Source of the DNA: Vicugna vicugna
Taxonomy: Eukaryota
NCBI GenBank assembly: GCA_013265495.1
Contig: MU058844.1
Location: 8,863,490 to 8,927,489 of the forward strand
DNA length: 64,000 nucleotides
Direction: 5' to 3'
Shown here: in pieces, positions 13,881-27,742 of the stretch
Layout: each line of letters begins with the position of its first letter
Position numbering within the stretch: the first letter of the stretch is position 1
Program-made: the position numbers and the translations under genes
The notes under the pieces: model-generated
Seen by the model: only the letters and a program-made list of their open reading frames with translations
Told to the model about the DNA's origin: nothing
The model's database searches: none

Positions 13881-13921
13881 TTCTCCCAGACAGACCAGAG
13901 ACAGTCTTTTAACTGCTAGGT
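13881..13921 (-). other. Candidate internal exon (41 nt) of a minus-strand transcript
   Basis: Minus strand: ctgtcttctcttttattgctctatttttcttattcag|ACCTAGCAG...TGGGAGAA|gtaaga. Long polypyrimidine tract, CAG acceptor, GTAAGA donor. Confidence 0.45.
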
Positions 13922-14369
13922 CTGAATAAGAAAAATAGAGCAATAAAAGAGAAGACAGCATTTTTGAGCAACCAGCAACGACCTATCAGAGCAGCATCCA
14001 AAAAGCAGAACTTCTAAAGGCAAAGACTGCATTTCATCTGAGCTTTGTAGCAGTGTTGGCAGTCGTGTTAGCATATAGAAGTAGTGGCAGCTGCAATCAG
14101 AGTTAGCTGTACCAGGGTGTAAGGAATGACAGAGAATGCTGACATTTTTTTTTTGCCCATCATTAAAGAATACCACTTGAGAGTATAACAATTTCACTGC
14201 GCTTTTTTAAGATTTTATTTTAGTTGCTGGTGCCTATTTTTTATCTTAATTATTTATAACCCTAGGGAAAGTCATCACTATTTTACAATAGAAACTTCTC
14301 AGAAGCAAATCCTGTATCTGATTCACCTTTGGGTATTCCCAACACGGTATATTATCTAGTATATTGTAA

Positions 14370-14980
14370 CTTTCTTGCAAATTTTTGATGAAGGAGGGTG
14401 GGCAAAAGCGAGTTTCAGTGATTTTCAGAGAAGATGAATTGAGTAGAATAGAGATTTCAAGTACAAAGATATGTTTCAAGAAATTTTGCTATTAAGTAGG
14501 AAGATACAAACAAGTGGTAGCTGATGAGTAAAGTGGACTCAAGAGAAATAAATGTTTTCTTTTTCTTCCAGATAGAATATCAGGATGTTTTTATACTGTT
14601 GGTACTGATGCGAATAATCTCCATAAATCTGTGATGTATGAAGTGGGGGGGCTTCCTGGAGTTACATTTTTGAAGAGGTTGATAGGGAACGTAATGGGAA
14701 TGGGAGAATACATAGTTTTTTTCTGTGATAGTAACTGAGATGTTAAGGTATGTCAACAGAGGTGCTAGTGGATGGGCAGACATGATAGGTGAGCCTGAGA
14801 AAGTTCTCTGCTGGTTTCTTTGGTTTTCTTCCTCTGGTAGGGAGCAAGGGCATCAGCTGAGACTGAATATGGAGGACAAGTTGGGGGTAGAAGAGAAGAC
14901 TTGGAATAGTTTTCTAAGAGAGTGAAGGAAAAATGAATTAGGATGTAGAGCATGATTGCTAAAAAGCATTAAGAGTCCTA
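14370..14980 (-). mobile_element. L2 fragment
   Basis: Purine-rich antisense L2-like text (tttcaagaaattttgctattaag, gcaagggcatcagctgag). Confidence 0.55.
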
Positions 14981-15089
14981 TTAAGGTTTGTTTATAGTAC
15001 CTATTATTTACCTGTTATTTTTTCTTTTTCACTGTGTGCACTTATGTATTTGCCTCCCTCTTTTTCTCTTGATTAGAATACTCAGAAGG

Positions 15090-15720
15090 TTATCTTTTTT
15101 TTTTAACCTTACTTTCATTTGGCTTATCAGTTTTGTAATACTATTTCCTTATTCATCAATTTCTTCTTTTTACCATTTTAAATATATTATTCTCTCTTCT
15201 ATATTCTTCCATAGATTTATCATCTAGTTCTTTTTTGAACTTTATTAGTTGGATGTTTAATTCACTTATTTTCAGCTTTTCTTCTTCATTAATATGGGTA
15301 TTAAAGATTTTTTAATTTTTTCTGAGAACTGTTTGGTTTCTCTCCAATAGGTTCTGAAATATAGTACCTAAAATATTCTGAAGTTTTTAAAAATTGAGTA
15401 ATTGATTAAATAGTTTTGAAATTTTCAGGTGAAGAAATATTTTTGGTTACTTTTCCAATTTTATTTGTATTTCTATCTTTAATACATTCTGATCAGAAAA
15501 TATGGTTTCTACTAGTGCCAACTTTCAAATTACTGATTTTTTTCCATTCTAATATGCTAAATTTTATAAACTCTCTAAGGCAATTAGTGAAAAATACTAT
15601 TTTTCAAGGTAGAATTTAATGTATATATCATGTAGACCTGTCTTATTATGTTATACAGTTCTTTTAAATTGTTATTTAATTTTGGTACAATTGATCTCAC
15701 GTTAACTGAGAAAAAGCTGA
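15090..15720 (-). mobile_element. Old L1ME-like fragment
   Basis: T-rich antisense L1-like text (ttattagttggatgtttaattcacttattttcagcttttc). Confidence 0.5.
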
Positions 15721-18289
15721 ATTAATTATATAGGAAATTTAATAACACTTTGTCATTTCTTATAACTACAAAGCTTTCAAGTTATCAGCCATATATGACA
15801 TAATGACATTTTGAAACTTATAAGTACAATTAACAATCACTATTAATAATGTCAAATACAATCTTTTAAAAGAAGATATTCTACTAATCTTTAGTGCTAT
15901 TTTTAAGATTATTCAATTTAGGAATAAAAGTTTGTAACCAAACCAAAAAATGACTGGAAATACTCTCATATGAAACAGGGATACTTTTTTTCCCTCTAGT
16001 ATTTGCAGATTGCTCAATTATTTAAAATAAACAAAATACTAACAGTTTGAAATTCTCTAAATTGTGCTTCCATCTTAGACATTTTGTTGACAATTTAGAT
16101 ACAATTAACAGAAAATACCATTTATAATTTATCTCATTGAGAAATGTCTTTTAATTTTAACCTCTAATTTGTGCCTTCAGATGGAAAGCACCTTAAGTGG
16201 GGCAAAGTATTCTATTGTAATATGCAGAATTTTCTCAATGAGCTAGCTTTATAGACAGAAATTCTAGAGTGTCTTTATATTTCATCATTTGCATTATAAT
16301 AGATGTTTTTGCAAGAACTTCATGCACTCAACTGGAATCTTTTCAGTGTGTACAGGGAATTGTATTGTGTTAAGTGATGAGATTATTTTTATGAAGAAGA
16401 ATAATTATTTTCTTGGACACCTGGAGAATGTGTTAGAATTAAAATACCAAGGACAGAATAGCTGACTATATTGATAGCTAAGATTGTATCTCATTGATTC
16501 TCCTAAGTACCTCAATATGGAAAGTTTTCTACAGAGTGATACTTTCTGGTCATTGTTTTTAAGAAACTAAAAAAACAAATCATTAACTTTCTACTTATTC
16601 ACATTCTTTTAACTTTATATATTTAAAACAAATTGTACATGTATCATACGTCATTTCAATTAATCATCACCATAAACTGAGGCAGCTTGTGCAATCCTAG
16701 CTGTGTATTTTCTCTAAGCTGACAACATATGTTCTTCTTATGTTTTCAAATGCAAGCAGAAAGAATGCAGTGAACTAGTCAGTATTTTGAGGTGTTAATT
16801 ATAGGTTTCCAAGGGGTTACGTAGAATTAGTGGAGCAGTAAAATAGGAAGGAGTAAAGGAAAGGCATAGCATATTCATAACCTTTATGTTCCTGAACATA
16901 TTTACCTATATGCTTTAACCTGCACATGTGTGCAACTAAATTTTAATTGAGCCTAGGCACAGATGATAGAAGGTTATACCCCAAGGATGGATTCTGTTGT
17001 TTGGTGTTATGTAATGCCAATGGATGTGTAATTCATGTATTTCGGAAACCTGACAGCTTGAAAAGTAATTAGTGTCCTTTATGCTCGGCATGGAGCAACT
17101 TGTGAACTATCAGAAGAGAAATTTGGAAATAAATCATCTCATGGCAAAGCAGCAAGACCAGTTTAGATAAGGATCAATGGGCAGGTTTTTCAGAACAGAA
17201 ATCTTCCTTAGAAGGCTTGGAATGAGGCGTTCTCTAATATCAGTCCCAAGACCTAAATTTTGAATAATGAAAAACTTCCTCTGTAGAACCAGAGCTTGCC
17301 TGAAGTCATGTCCTGATTTGTCTTTGGGAAGGCAAGGAGAAGAAAATATAGTAACTATTCCTCAAAGGATTCTGCCATGGGAAGCTGAAGTTTCGTAAAG
17401 GAAGTGAGCTAGGTGCCCTTTCTCTCACGGGGTTCTGTGACGTTAGAGAACACTTTGTTGATAAATGTGGAATTAAAAAAATTTTTTTTCAAGGAAACCA
17501 CAGAAGCAGGTTATCTTTTATCTTACAAATATATCAGAAAGTTTAATCTCAGATCTGACCAGTTTAGATTTGGGAATAAGTTGTATGTTATATACACATT
17601 ATGAGAATTCTCATAAACATATGACTTGATGGACAGTGAATCTTGTTTGGAGAAAAAATCTGTATCAGAAGCAGATTGATATACATAAAAGCAAGTTCTT
17701 ATTGTTGATTGTTGACTAGTGTATTCTAATATTATTGCAAGGTTAAAATACCACTTGATTTTTGGTTGAGATTAAGCTTTGCTGGAAAGTGGGAGTTGAG
17801 GGAGAGAGTAAAGGTGTGTCATACTTCAAAACTCTGTCTGGGTTATAACCTACTCTATATATTGCATCATCTATATGAAGTTCTACATGAAAAACATATT
17901 ATTTTAGAGATAAATGCTGTAGACAAAGTTTTCTCTGACAAAAATGGATGTGCTTTCCCTTCCAAACAGGAAGAACAATTATAAATCACAGGTCTAAACT
18001 AGGGACCATCTTCTATCACTACAGATACATTTTGGTTTTACTACATATTGTCTTAAGTAGCAAAAATAACAGACATGTTTTAAGTTCTTATATCAGACAT
18101 TTTATCTTACTGAAATCCTTATGAAACCTCAATGAAACTGATATTATTGTTTTTCCAGATAAGGTGTAGAAAGAGTAATTATCATGTCAGTGGAAAAACA
18201 ACAGTAAGTGATGAAGCCAAACCATAAATTCAAGCAGTCTGATCGCAGAGCCATTTTTTTTAATTTTAATCTACCAACTATAGATTAAT

Positions 18290-18460
18290 GTCCAAGCTTC
18301 AAATTTGGGAGATTTTACATAAAATCTGAAATTCTAGTTTCTCTTAAAACTTGGGTAATCTGGTGACTAGAGTTTGCAATTCTTCACGGAACCAGTAGAT
18401 GTGAGCTGAGTAGCAACTGCCCCTTTAGACACATTTCAGCAGGGCTCTCACAATTGCTTA
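18290..18460 (+). mobile_element. hAT-Charlie DNA transposon fragment (MER102-like)
   Basis: 'gggagattttacataaaatctg...tctcttaaaa...gagctgagtagcaactgcccctttagac'. A related copy lies at about 58375-58690. Confidence 0.55.
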
Positions 18461-19034
18461 TGCTCAGGGGAGTTGAGACCCTGAATAGTAAAAGTGATCA
18501 TGTTCTCTTTATTTTGATTGTCAGGATATTCAGAATGATGTTTGTGACTGAGTAGTAACTTTTTTCCCTTCTGGTATTGATTTTTAATCTTCATAGTTCA
18601 CTAATTTGTTGTGTGCATTTATTTTTAGGCATGTCAAAGTCTTTATAAGATTTTTTTTTTGACTACTGTGCTAAATCTCTTCTGTAATTGCATAAAGATC
18701 TTGGGTTTTAAACAGACATAAAATTTTGTCATAAAGTATTTAAATAGGTTGGCACTGAAGAGTATTAGAGCTTCTAAAGTTCTGCCTTGTTGTTCTTAAG
18801 TATATGAAGTTTATGTGCTAAAAAAATTGTGGATGGAATAGTATCAGTGCTATATCATGAGATTATGAAGAAAGTGGAAATGCTGCTTTTAGAAAAGACC
18901 TGTAGTAAAATAATATTTTAATGGTAAAATTGGGTACAGTATACTTGACGAGACCCCAAATTCTTTTGAAATTGTGTCTCAATAGCAGCTACCTAATTAT
19001 TGAGGGCAGTCTTAGAGATCAAATTGCCACTAAA

Positions 19035-19062
19035 TGTGTGTGTGTGTGTGTGTGTGTGTGTG
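19035..19062. repeat. (TG)14 microsatellite
   Basis: Read directly from the sequence. Confidence 0.95.
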
Positions 19063-19574
19063 CTTATTAACTGGAATGAAGTCATGTGTTAACAGAATAA
19101 AAATTCTGCAGAATTCACTCCACCAGTTATAGAAAACATAGTAACCACAAGCTCTGCCCAATTTCATCTTTAAAATGCATTAAGAAATGGAAAAGAGCTT
19201 AGAACACATGCAAAACATAATATATAGTCCTGGGGGGCAGCAAAATTGATCAGGTAAATTTTTCTAGGAAAATCTCTTGGATCAACAAGAAAGAATCTCC
19301 AAAATTGGTCTTATCTACACCTGTTTCCCCATTTCACTTTTTACTTTACTATAATCCTAATGTAATTTCTAATAGCTGCAGTTAGGCAATAAAAACTGTC
19401 ATTTTTTTTCTTGCTAGGGTGTTACAGTTTATTCATTAATCACCTTCCTGTCTGCTACTCTTTCCAACTAAGATTTATGGCACATTTAATATTTCAATTC
19501 TAATTTATTTGGTATTACTTTCACACAGAAACATTTCATTTTTCTCTGAACAAATAATATGTTACCATTTTGTG

Positions 19575-19990
19575 AGTTTTCATTGGCCAGAGATTTTTAC
19601 TTGTAAATAACAGAAGTTGATTCTGGCTAACTAGAGCCAAAAAAGAACTTAGAAGTATGCAAGGCAGCGTAGAGTCTCAGAAAGGAAATCCAATAAATAG
19701 GTCTCAGAAAACATAAGGACCAAGGAAAATCCAAGGATGTTAGCAGGAATAAAAGAACAGTCAATGGGGTGCTTGCATATGAGTTGTATCACCTGCAGCT
19801 CTTTTCATGCTTTATGGCTCTCTCTTCAAAATTCACATTCCCAGGTAAAAGAATTGAAACAACTCAAGATGAATCACAAGTTCACATCTTGGCCAGAAGG
19901 AAGCAACACTTTAATTTATGATCCACATGTATGTGATGGAGATGGGTAGTGTTCCAAGGAGGTGGAGGTCTCATTAACAGAAAAAGGGAA
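19575..19990. mobile_element. Old MaLR LTR (MLT1-type) remnant
   Basis: 'acttgtaaataacagaagttgattctggctaactagagccaaaaaagaact' resembles old MLT1 ends. Confidence 0.45.
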
Positions 19991-21889
19991 CAAGTGCTTT
20001 GCTTGGAAACCCATAGATGACACTTCTGCTGGAGTCTTGCATTCTATCCATTTTAGGTCCATTTATATGTATGGCTCTTTGGCATACAAGAATAAAGTTT
20101 GTGTATGCCTTTGTCATGCAGACCCAAATGTATTTAGTGCCAGTAGTTTCAACCAATCCCACCCTGCCACCCAAAATATTGTATAATGTTAGAACTTTTT
20201 CCAGAACCATTTCTCTTCCTAATTAAAGAATCCTGTTGAGAATTCTGTCTGCACAGAAGAAAGTAACAATTAGGGATTTGATTCTATTTGAAATTTAAGA
20301 TGTGGGCATATGTAGGCCATGCTTTCTCACCAGTTATATCATAAATTAGTTTACAAGAATCATAGTTGACTTCTTGAAGTAGAAAATGCCAGACTATGTT
20401 TAAATTACATTACATTTTCTTGAGGCTTACTTTAAATACACTTAAAATGGTTACCATTTATTAATAAAACATCACTCTATAACTGGAAGGAAATAAAATA
20501 AATGTTCTTTCACTCAAATATTTAAAACAAGGATATTTAAATAAATTAAGCTAAGTGTGTCATGATGTTATCAGAAATACCCTATTTAAAAAGTCAGTGG
20601 ACAGACACACTATTTTGAAATGACTTTGTCCCACCAAAACGTCAAAATACATATAATTTTTACTATGCTGCAGGAAAATAGTGAATTTTTATTCAGTGAT
20701 CCTTTTAAGATCTATGGTTGAATGCTCTTTTAAATACTCATTTAATTAAACTAAGATAGATAAAGATGTTCAGTTAAAAACTTTAACTCCCCAAACGTAT
20801 CAGTTTGACTTAAATTTCTCTTTGATATCATTGGTATCTCAACATGTTTAGAAAAAGGAAGCACAAGAAGTGTGACACAGGTATGAAAATTAGGCTTCTA
20901 TTTCAAGGATATCTCCTCAGTAAGGGGGTAATCACCACACTGAGAAGTTTTTCATGGCAAATAATCAGGAAGCACTATTCAGATCAGAAATTTGTATATG
21001 GGAAAATTGACATCAGAGTAAGATATGGGCTATTTAAAGTAAAACCAGAAACTTAGAAAAAAAACTATCTTTCAAGAAAACAAACAAGGTATGGCTTTAC
21101 ATTAGAGATTGTATAAGTATTTTGATTGGATATAGTTACACTATATTAAACAAAAACAAAAACATCAGAGAGCTGAAGCCACTAATAACTATTTCTGTGA
21201 AGGCCAATACTACAATGAAGTGGAATATTTTTCTCAAACTAATAGAAGCTATAGGATAGCATTGGTGTTATTGGGTATTCATGTACAATGTTGCTTTCAA
21301 ATTACTTTATAACTACTTACTGATTATCCCTCAAGGATGGTCTGCTGTTCTCCACTCCTCAGCTTAAACATACCAAAAATACTTTGCATTGGACCTAGTA
21401 CAATTGACAATGGATGGAGTGCTAGTTATTCTGGCAGTAGCTGACCACTGCAAGGAAAATATGGCTGACTTGTTTGAAGCCATTGTCACCACTTCTGTTC
21501 CCCATGACAATAAAATTACATCTGGAATAAATGCCAAGCTGATGTCAGACTATGAGCATGCACTCCCTGTATATCAGCCAGCTAACTCTCATCCTCTCAC
21601 AGTTTTGCCACTGACAGAATAACATTAAGATTCAGTATTTAAACAAATGGAACCTAATATATAGAAACAGTTCAAACATTTATAGCAGAATTTCCTTCAG
21701 ATTATTAAATGGGAATTTGCTTTTTGTATATTTTAGGAATTCTAGCCTTGTTTTTTTTTAGCTTAAATGAGATTTTTCCACTGTAGAAATTCTCTAAAAT
21801 TTAGGAGTTAGACCAGATGGCTTTTGAGAGCCCTTCTGGTTCTAAAAGTATGATGCAGATATCTTGTGGAATTTGGTGCTTTTGTTTTC

Positions 21890-22700
21890 TTAGTGTAAAT
21901 TCTGAGCACTTTACAATGACCTACAAGGCTCTGTATGTCGCCACCCTTTTCCTCTCCAGCCTCAGCTCCTACCCTTCTACCCTTCCTTAACTACTTCAGC
22001 CACATCCAATCTTCTTACTCTTCCTAGAACATTGCAAGATAGATCTTGATTTAAAGTCTTTCTTCCCCCAGATAACTGCATGACCACAACTTTTAATTTT
22101 CTCATATCTCTTCTCAAATTTCACATTATCACAGAGGCCTCCGTTGCCCATCCCTTCTGAAAGCATTCTTTTTACCCACATCACTCCCTGTCCTCTTCCA
22201 CCCACACAACCATGCAGAACCTGACATATTAAATGTTTATGTGTTTAGTGTTTGTCTCCCTCTTGTCCTGGATAATGTTAGTGCCTGGTGGGATCCCTCT
22301 ACTGAACTATCCCAGATGTTCCTATATCCCTGTCTTGGGAGAATTGCCCTGAGGGTAACAGGAAGTGTTTCTCTAGTGAGCCATGCTTATTCCAAGACAG
22401 GAATACAAAAGTCCAGTCCTTTCCCTCAAGGTGCAATTAATTGTGGTGCATTCCTACTTCAAATTTTCTCCATGGGACCAAGTTTAAACCAGTCTCCAGC
22501 TAAGACTATATTCTTGCTGAGTTTTTACCTTCCTACCAAATCTTCATTCCCCTCTTCTTCAGACTGCTTCTATAGAACTTGACCCAAGACACCACTCTGG
22601 AATATAAGCTCCCAAGGTTACATAATTTTTCTCCTTTATTCACTGCCACATTCTCAGCATCCAGCTTGGCATTATACGTGCTTAAGTAATTCTGAATGAC
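21890..22700 (+). mobile_element. L2 3' end interrupted by an ERVL-type LTR (LTR16-like, about 22265-22590)
   Basis: L2 text (acaatgacctacaaggctctg...ctcaaatttcacattatcacagaggcct) resumes at about 22595 (ggaatataagctccca). The insert ends 'agaacttgacccaagaca'. Confidence 0.6.
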
Positions 22701-22889
22701 TGTCTTAGTCTTAAAAGCCCTAATTATTCTCTGTAGAGCATTGAGCACTCACTGTGCATTGGGTGAATACAAGCAAACAAAGTCCATCTACCAGCTTGCA
22801 ATCATCTTAAAATTCAATTAAAATGAGCTCCATTAACATAATCTTTACTATTAGTATCAACCAACATTGGACTTTCTGAAATTCTATGA

Positions 22890-23210
22890 TGATTTAGCCC
22901 AAACTATGACCTGTGTGTCAAATTCAGCCCTGTTGTGCCCACAAGATAACATTTTTTACATTTTGTAATGGTTCAAAAGATCAAAGGATGAATACTATTT
23001 TGTGATACATGGAAATTGCATGGAATTCAAATTTCATGTCCACAAGTAAAACTGTGTTAAAATACAACCAGGACCATTTGCTTACGCACAGTCCATTGCT
23101 ACTTTCATGCTACAAAGCCAGAGTTTTCAAGTGGTTGCAGTAGAGACTATATGGCCCACAGAGCCTAACATTTTACTCCGGCTCAGCGCAGAAAAGCTTT
23201 GCTGATCTTC
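22890..23210. mobile_element. hAT-Charlie MITE (MER58B-like)
   Basis: 'caaactatgacctgtgtgtcaaattcagccc...attcaaatttcatgtccacaagtaaa...gagactatatggcccacagagcctaa...aaaagctttgctgatc'. Confidence 0.8.
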
Positions 23211-23477
23211 TTCTTCTTCAGACCTTGATTCTCATAAGGTCCCACAATCTCTTGAGTCTTATAAGCATACCTCACATCATGAAGTATCTAGTCTAACAAG
23301 ACCTATGACATACTCTGCCATATCATCATCATTTTCTGACTAATTTCATTTAAGACAAGCTATTCTTTCTTGGAAGAAACTTTATTTTCCTGGTTACTAG
23401 TTGTTACTTGTTTAGCTAGTATTGTTTCTTAGTTATTCAAAGCACTCACAACTCTCTGAGTTCATTTGCTGTCTTAC

Positions 23478-23506
23478 CCAGGAAAACATTCTTAGCATAA
23501 GTCTTG
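23478..23506 (-). other. Candidate small exon (29 nt) of a minus-strand transcript
   Basis: Minus strand: ttttcttgtgttctatgttttttccttatatctattag|CAAGACTTATGCTAAGAATGTTTTCCTGG|gtaaga. Confidence 0.3.
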
Positions 23507-23876
23507 CTAATAGATATAAGGAAAAAACATAGAACACAAGAAAACCCAACAGAAGACTCCCATTTGTGGCAATTTTCTTTTAAGAAGTCTTCATTACTTG
23601 TCAGGTGCAAGTCTCATAATCCTTCATTCCAAATAAAACTAATTTTATCTGCATCTCCTCTAACTTGCATTTCTTAGATAACAGGTCTTTTTTTTTCCTA
23701 CAAGTAGTATAGAAAGAAGAGACAGTACATGTATGTGTGAATGTGAGTGTGAGTGTGTGTGTATATGTATGTGTATGTGTATGTGTTGGTGCTTTCTAAC
23801 CAAGGTAGTTTATTATCTATTGAATAACTGTTAGGTGAGAAATAGAATCTCAAACAGTAACCATGGATTACACTTA

Positions 23877-24594
23877 CTAAAAATAAATATCTTAGAAGAA
23901 AGTATAGGCAAAACATTTTCTGACATAAATCTTAGCAATGTTCTCGTAGAGCAGTCTACCCAGGCAATAGAAATAGAAGGAAAAATAAACAAATGGGACC
24001 TAATTAAACTTATAAGCTTTTGCACAGCCAAGGAAACCGTGAGCAAAACAAAGTGACAACCTACAGAATGGGAGAAAATATTTGCAAATGATGTGACTGA
24101 AAAAGGCTTAATTTCCAGAATATATAAATAGCTCATATAACTTAATAACAAAAAACAACCTAATCCAAAAATTGGCGGAAGACCTAAACAAGCAATTCTC
24201 CAATGAAGACATACAAATGGCCAATAGGCACAAGAAAAAATGCTCAATATAACTAATTATTAGAGAAATGTAAATCGAACCATAATGAGGTATCACCTCA
24301 CTCCACTTAGAATGGCCATCATTCAAAAAATCCATGAACAATAAATGCTGGGAAGGGTGTAGAGAAAAGGGAACCCTCCTATACTGTTGGTGGGAATGTA
24401 GTTTGGTACAGCCATTATGGAAAACAGTATGGAAATTCCTCAAAAAACTAAAAATAGATTTACCATATGATCCAGCAATCCTACTTCTGGCTATATATCT
24501 GAAGGGGAACTCTAATTCAAAAAGATATATGCACCCCAATGTTCATAGCAGCACTATATACAATAGCCAAGACATGGAAGCAAACTAAATGTGG
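23877..24594 (+). mobile_element. Relatively young L1 ORF2 3' fragment, frameshifted, without its own 3'UTR or poly-A
   Basis: ORFs 23835-24056 (LEESIGKTFSDINLSN...INKWDLIKLISFCTAKETV) and 24334-24588 ([30 protein letters not shown]) match the L1 ORF2 C-terminal cysteine-rich region. Confidence 0.92.
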
Positions 24595-25320
24595 ATAACT
24601 GTATGGAGACTCCTCAAAAAATTAAAAATAGAACTACCATATGATCTAGCAATCCCACTTCTAGGTATATATCCAAAGGAAATTAAATCACTATCTCAAA
24701 GAGATAACTGCACCTGCACATTCAATGAAGAGTTATTCACAACAGTCAAATTATGGAAACAACCTAAGTGTCTGTTGATGGATGAAAGGATAAAGAAAAT
24801 GTAGTTTTATATACAGAACAGAATATTATACAGCCAGAAAGAAATATTTTCATTTGCAACATGAATAAACTGAAGGCATTATGCTAATTAAATAAGTCAG
24901 ACAGAAAGACAAATTAATACCACTAAAGTGTGGTATCTAAAAAAAATTCTTATGTTAACAGAGAGTAAACTGGTGGTTCCTAGGAGTAGGGGGGTTGGAG
25001 AAAATGGGAGATATTCGTCAAGGTGTACAATCTTTCAGTTATAAAATCAGTAAGTTCTGGAGATCTAATGCATAGTGTAGTAACTAAAGTTACTATTATT
25101 GTATTTATTGTATACTTGAAATTTGCTAAGAGAGTAGATCTTAAATGTTCTCACCAAACAACAACAAAAAAGTTTCTACATGAGGTGATGGATGTATTAA
25201 CTAATCTAACCTTACTGTGGTGATCATTTCACTAGATATAATTATCAAATCATCACACTGTACACCTTAAACTTAAACAATGCTATTTGTCAATTATATC
25301 TCAATAAGGCTAGACAAAAA
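24590..25320 (+). mobile_element. Older L1MA-type ORF2 end and 3'UTR
   Basis: ORF 24589-24804 ([26 protein letters not shown]...WKQPKC). The 3'UTR ends 'caattatatctcaataaggct'. Confidence 0.9.
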
Positions 25321-25399
25321 TTTAAGTTTTGTCTGTATATCAAAGTCAATCATATGGATTGAGCTCTAATTGTGTTGATAATAAAATGTTCAATTTTGT

Positions 25400-25680
25400 T
25401 TTTAATTATTTTTATGGAGATATAATTGACATATAACGTATTAGTTTCAGATGTACAACATAATGATTTAATATTTGAATACTATATCGTGAACTGATCA
25501 CAATAAATCCAGTTAACATCTATCAACACAGTAATGAATTTTTTTTTCTTTTGATGAGAACTTTTAAGATCTACTCTTTTAGAAACTTTCAAATATACAG
25601 TACAGTATTATTAACTATAGTCACCATGTTTTACATTACATCTCCATAATTTATTTTATAACTGTAAGTTTGCATCCTTT
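25400..25680 (-). mobile_element. L1MA-type 3' end, antisense
   Basis: 'gagatataattgacatataac...aactttcaaatatacagtacagtattattaactatagtcaccatg'. Confidence 0.85.
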
Positions 25681-26889
25681 AAATTATTTTTAAACAGTAA
25701 AATATACAAAGTAAAATGAGATCAAGAGCATATAACCCATTAGCTTCTGTTAAATTCATTTGAATTATACTTTTGCCAGTAGTTGTTCATTTGATTTATA
25801 TAATTTAGATTTCTTTGCCTAAGTTTTGTATATCCAACTTGCAAAGCATTATACTTAAATTACAAATGTATTTTTCATTATTCACCCTAGCATTGAAGTC
25901 TATATTCATAAAGTTTGAGAGCAAATGTTGCATTCTTCTCATAAATGTTATGGTCCTCACCTTAATGTTGTGAAAAAAAGAGCTAAGAAAAAGCACATAA
26001 TATTTTCCATTACCTAATCTGCCCATTCCCAGTACCCTTCTTTCATTTTCAACACAAAATTATTTGAGAAAAAGTATACTTATTAATTATCCCCTACTTA
26101 AAATTGTTTTAAATGTTCTTTATATTAAACTTAGGACATAAGCATGAATTTAAGAATATATACCAGATTCAGCAATTCGTATATAGCGATTAATACATAG
26201 TAAATTCAATTTTGATATAATTAAGTTCTTTAAATATTAGTAAAAGGGGGAAATAGATGAATGACAACTAAAAAATTCTGTCTCATAAATGTTCCCAGGA
26301 TTAGAAGTCTATGTAAAAATTGTCTTATTTCTATGTTCCACTATGTATATTAGGAAATTATCTGCATATATGTACCGGGGTTCTTGGGCCATTTTGAGAT
26401 TAGAGCCAAGGAGCACTTTTATTTTTTTTTTCAACACTTGACCTCTTACTGTGTGCCAGATTAATAATAATAAGAATGACTCCATGAATTTTGTAAACAG
26501 ACTTTCCTTTTTGTTAACATCCATTGACTATTTAAAGATATTTATACAAGGCCTCCATCATTACCTGTTCTAAATGATAAGTGTTGGCATGTGCTCATGG
26601 CTCTAATCCATGCCAAGAATTAACATATACATCCTTGTTCATTGCCTTTATTTTCATAAAATAATATCAACTTTATATGCTTATTGGTTCATTGGTAAAG
26701 CTAAAGTCTCTTCCCTTATTCAAGTAAAATATCTATATGAACTTTACTATATATCTTTTATGAAAGTGGAGTTGCAAAACATAGTGTTGTCATACACTAT
26801 TGTCTAAAGGATATTCAGATCATCTGTTCCTTCAGATTTTATATTCTAATTCTTTTTCTTGATTCAAACAATGTAATTCCTCTCTAAAT

Positions 26890-27742
26890 ATCAACAGACA
26901 CCAAAGTTGGTCCTCTGTCTTCTCTTTTCATATGGACTCTGAGAGTGATCTCATCCAGCCTCATGGCATTAAATATAGTTCATAATGTGACAACTCTAAG
27001 ATTTCATCTCTAGCTAGTAATGCTTTCTCAAGGAGGGCTCACAACCACATTTGGTTATTCAATAGCTCCATTTTGACATTGAATAGGAATCTCAAATTTA
27101 ATATATCTATAATTTGAACATCAAATTCCCCCCCCCCAAATTGCTTACCCAACTGCCTTCAACATCTTTCTAATAGATTCCATTCTTCCAGTTGCTTAGG
27201 CTCAACATTTGAAGTCATCTTATATTTAATTTTCTTTCTCTCATACACCCATGAAAACCAGCACTTAACCTTCTTGGCTCTACTTGAAATACATAGAAAT
27301 GTGTGCATGTATGTGTACATGTACACACATGTGCACATACTCACATACATATTTTCCATTCCTTCTGCCCCTCTATTTCTTTGATCATGCTACTCTCCTC
27401 TGTTTTCTTCCCTCCAATCACACTGGTACTCTGGATGTTCTTCAGAACTCTTCCTGGAGTGCTCTTTTCCCAGAGGTCTACATGGGTCACTACTTTACTT
27501 CATTAGGTTTTTAATCAGATGTCATCTTATTGTGGAGGCCTAGCCTCACCATCTTATACAAAATGACTTCTCCCATCTTTGACTTTTTTGTCCATAGCCC
27601 TTAGTGCTAACAGACGAATTATTTATCACTCATCACTTTTATCTAGAATATAGGCTTCTTAAGACCAAGGATTTTGTTTTATTCTCTGCTATTTTACCAG
27701 TGAATAGAACAGTAATGAGCACACAGTAAGTATTCAATAAGT
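26890..27742 (+). mobile_element. L2 3' portion
   Basis: Ends 'agaacagtaatgagcacacagtaagtattcaataag...gaataaatgaat', an L2 3' terminus. Confidence 0.75.

Noticed and set aside
21389..21622. 77-aa ORF with protein-like composition and a faint echo of the LDH N-terminus (P..NKIT)
   Set aside because: No GxGxxG motif follows, the start is TTG, and I see no splice signals, poly-A tail or TSD. A tBLASTn search would be needed to revive it.
23831..24804. Longest ORFs in the track (138 aa and 143 aa on -, several on +) as genes
   Set aside because: They are frameshifted L1 ORF2 remnants and their antisense shadows.
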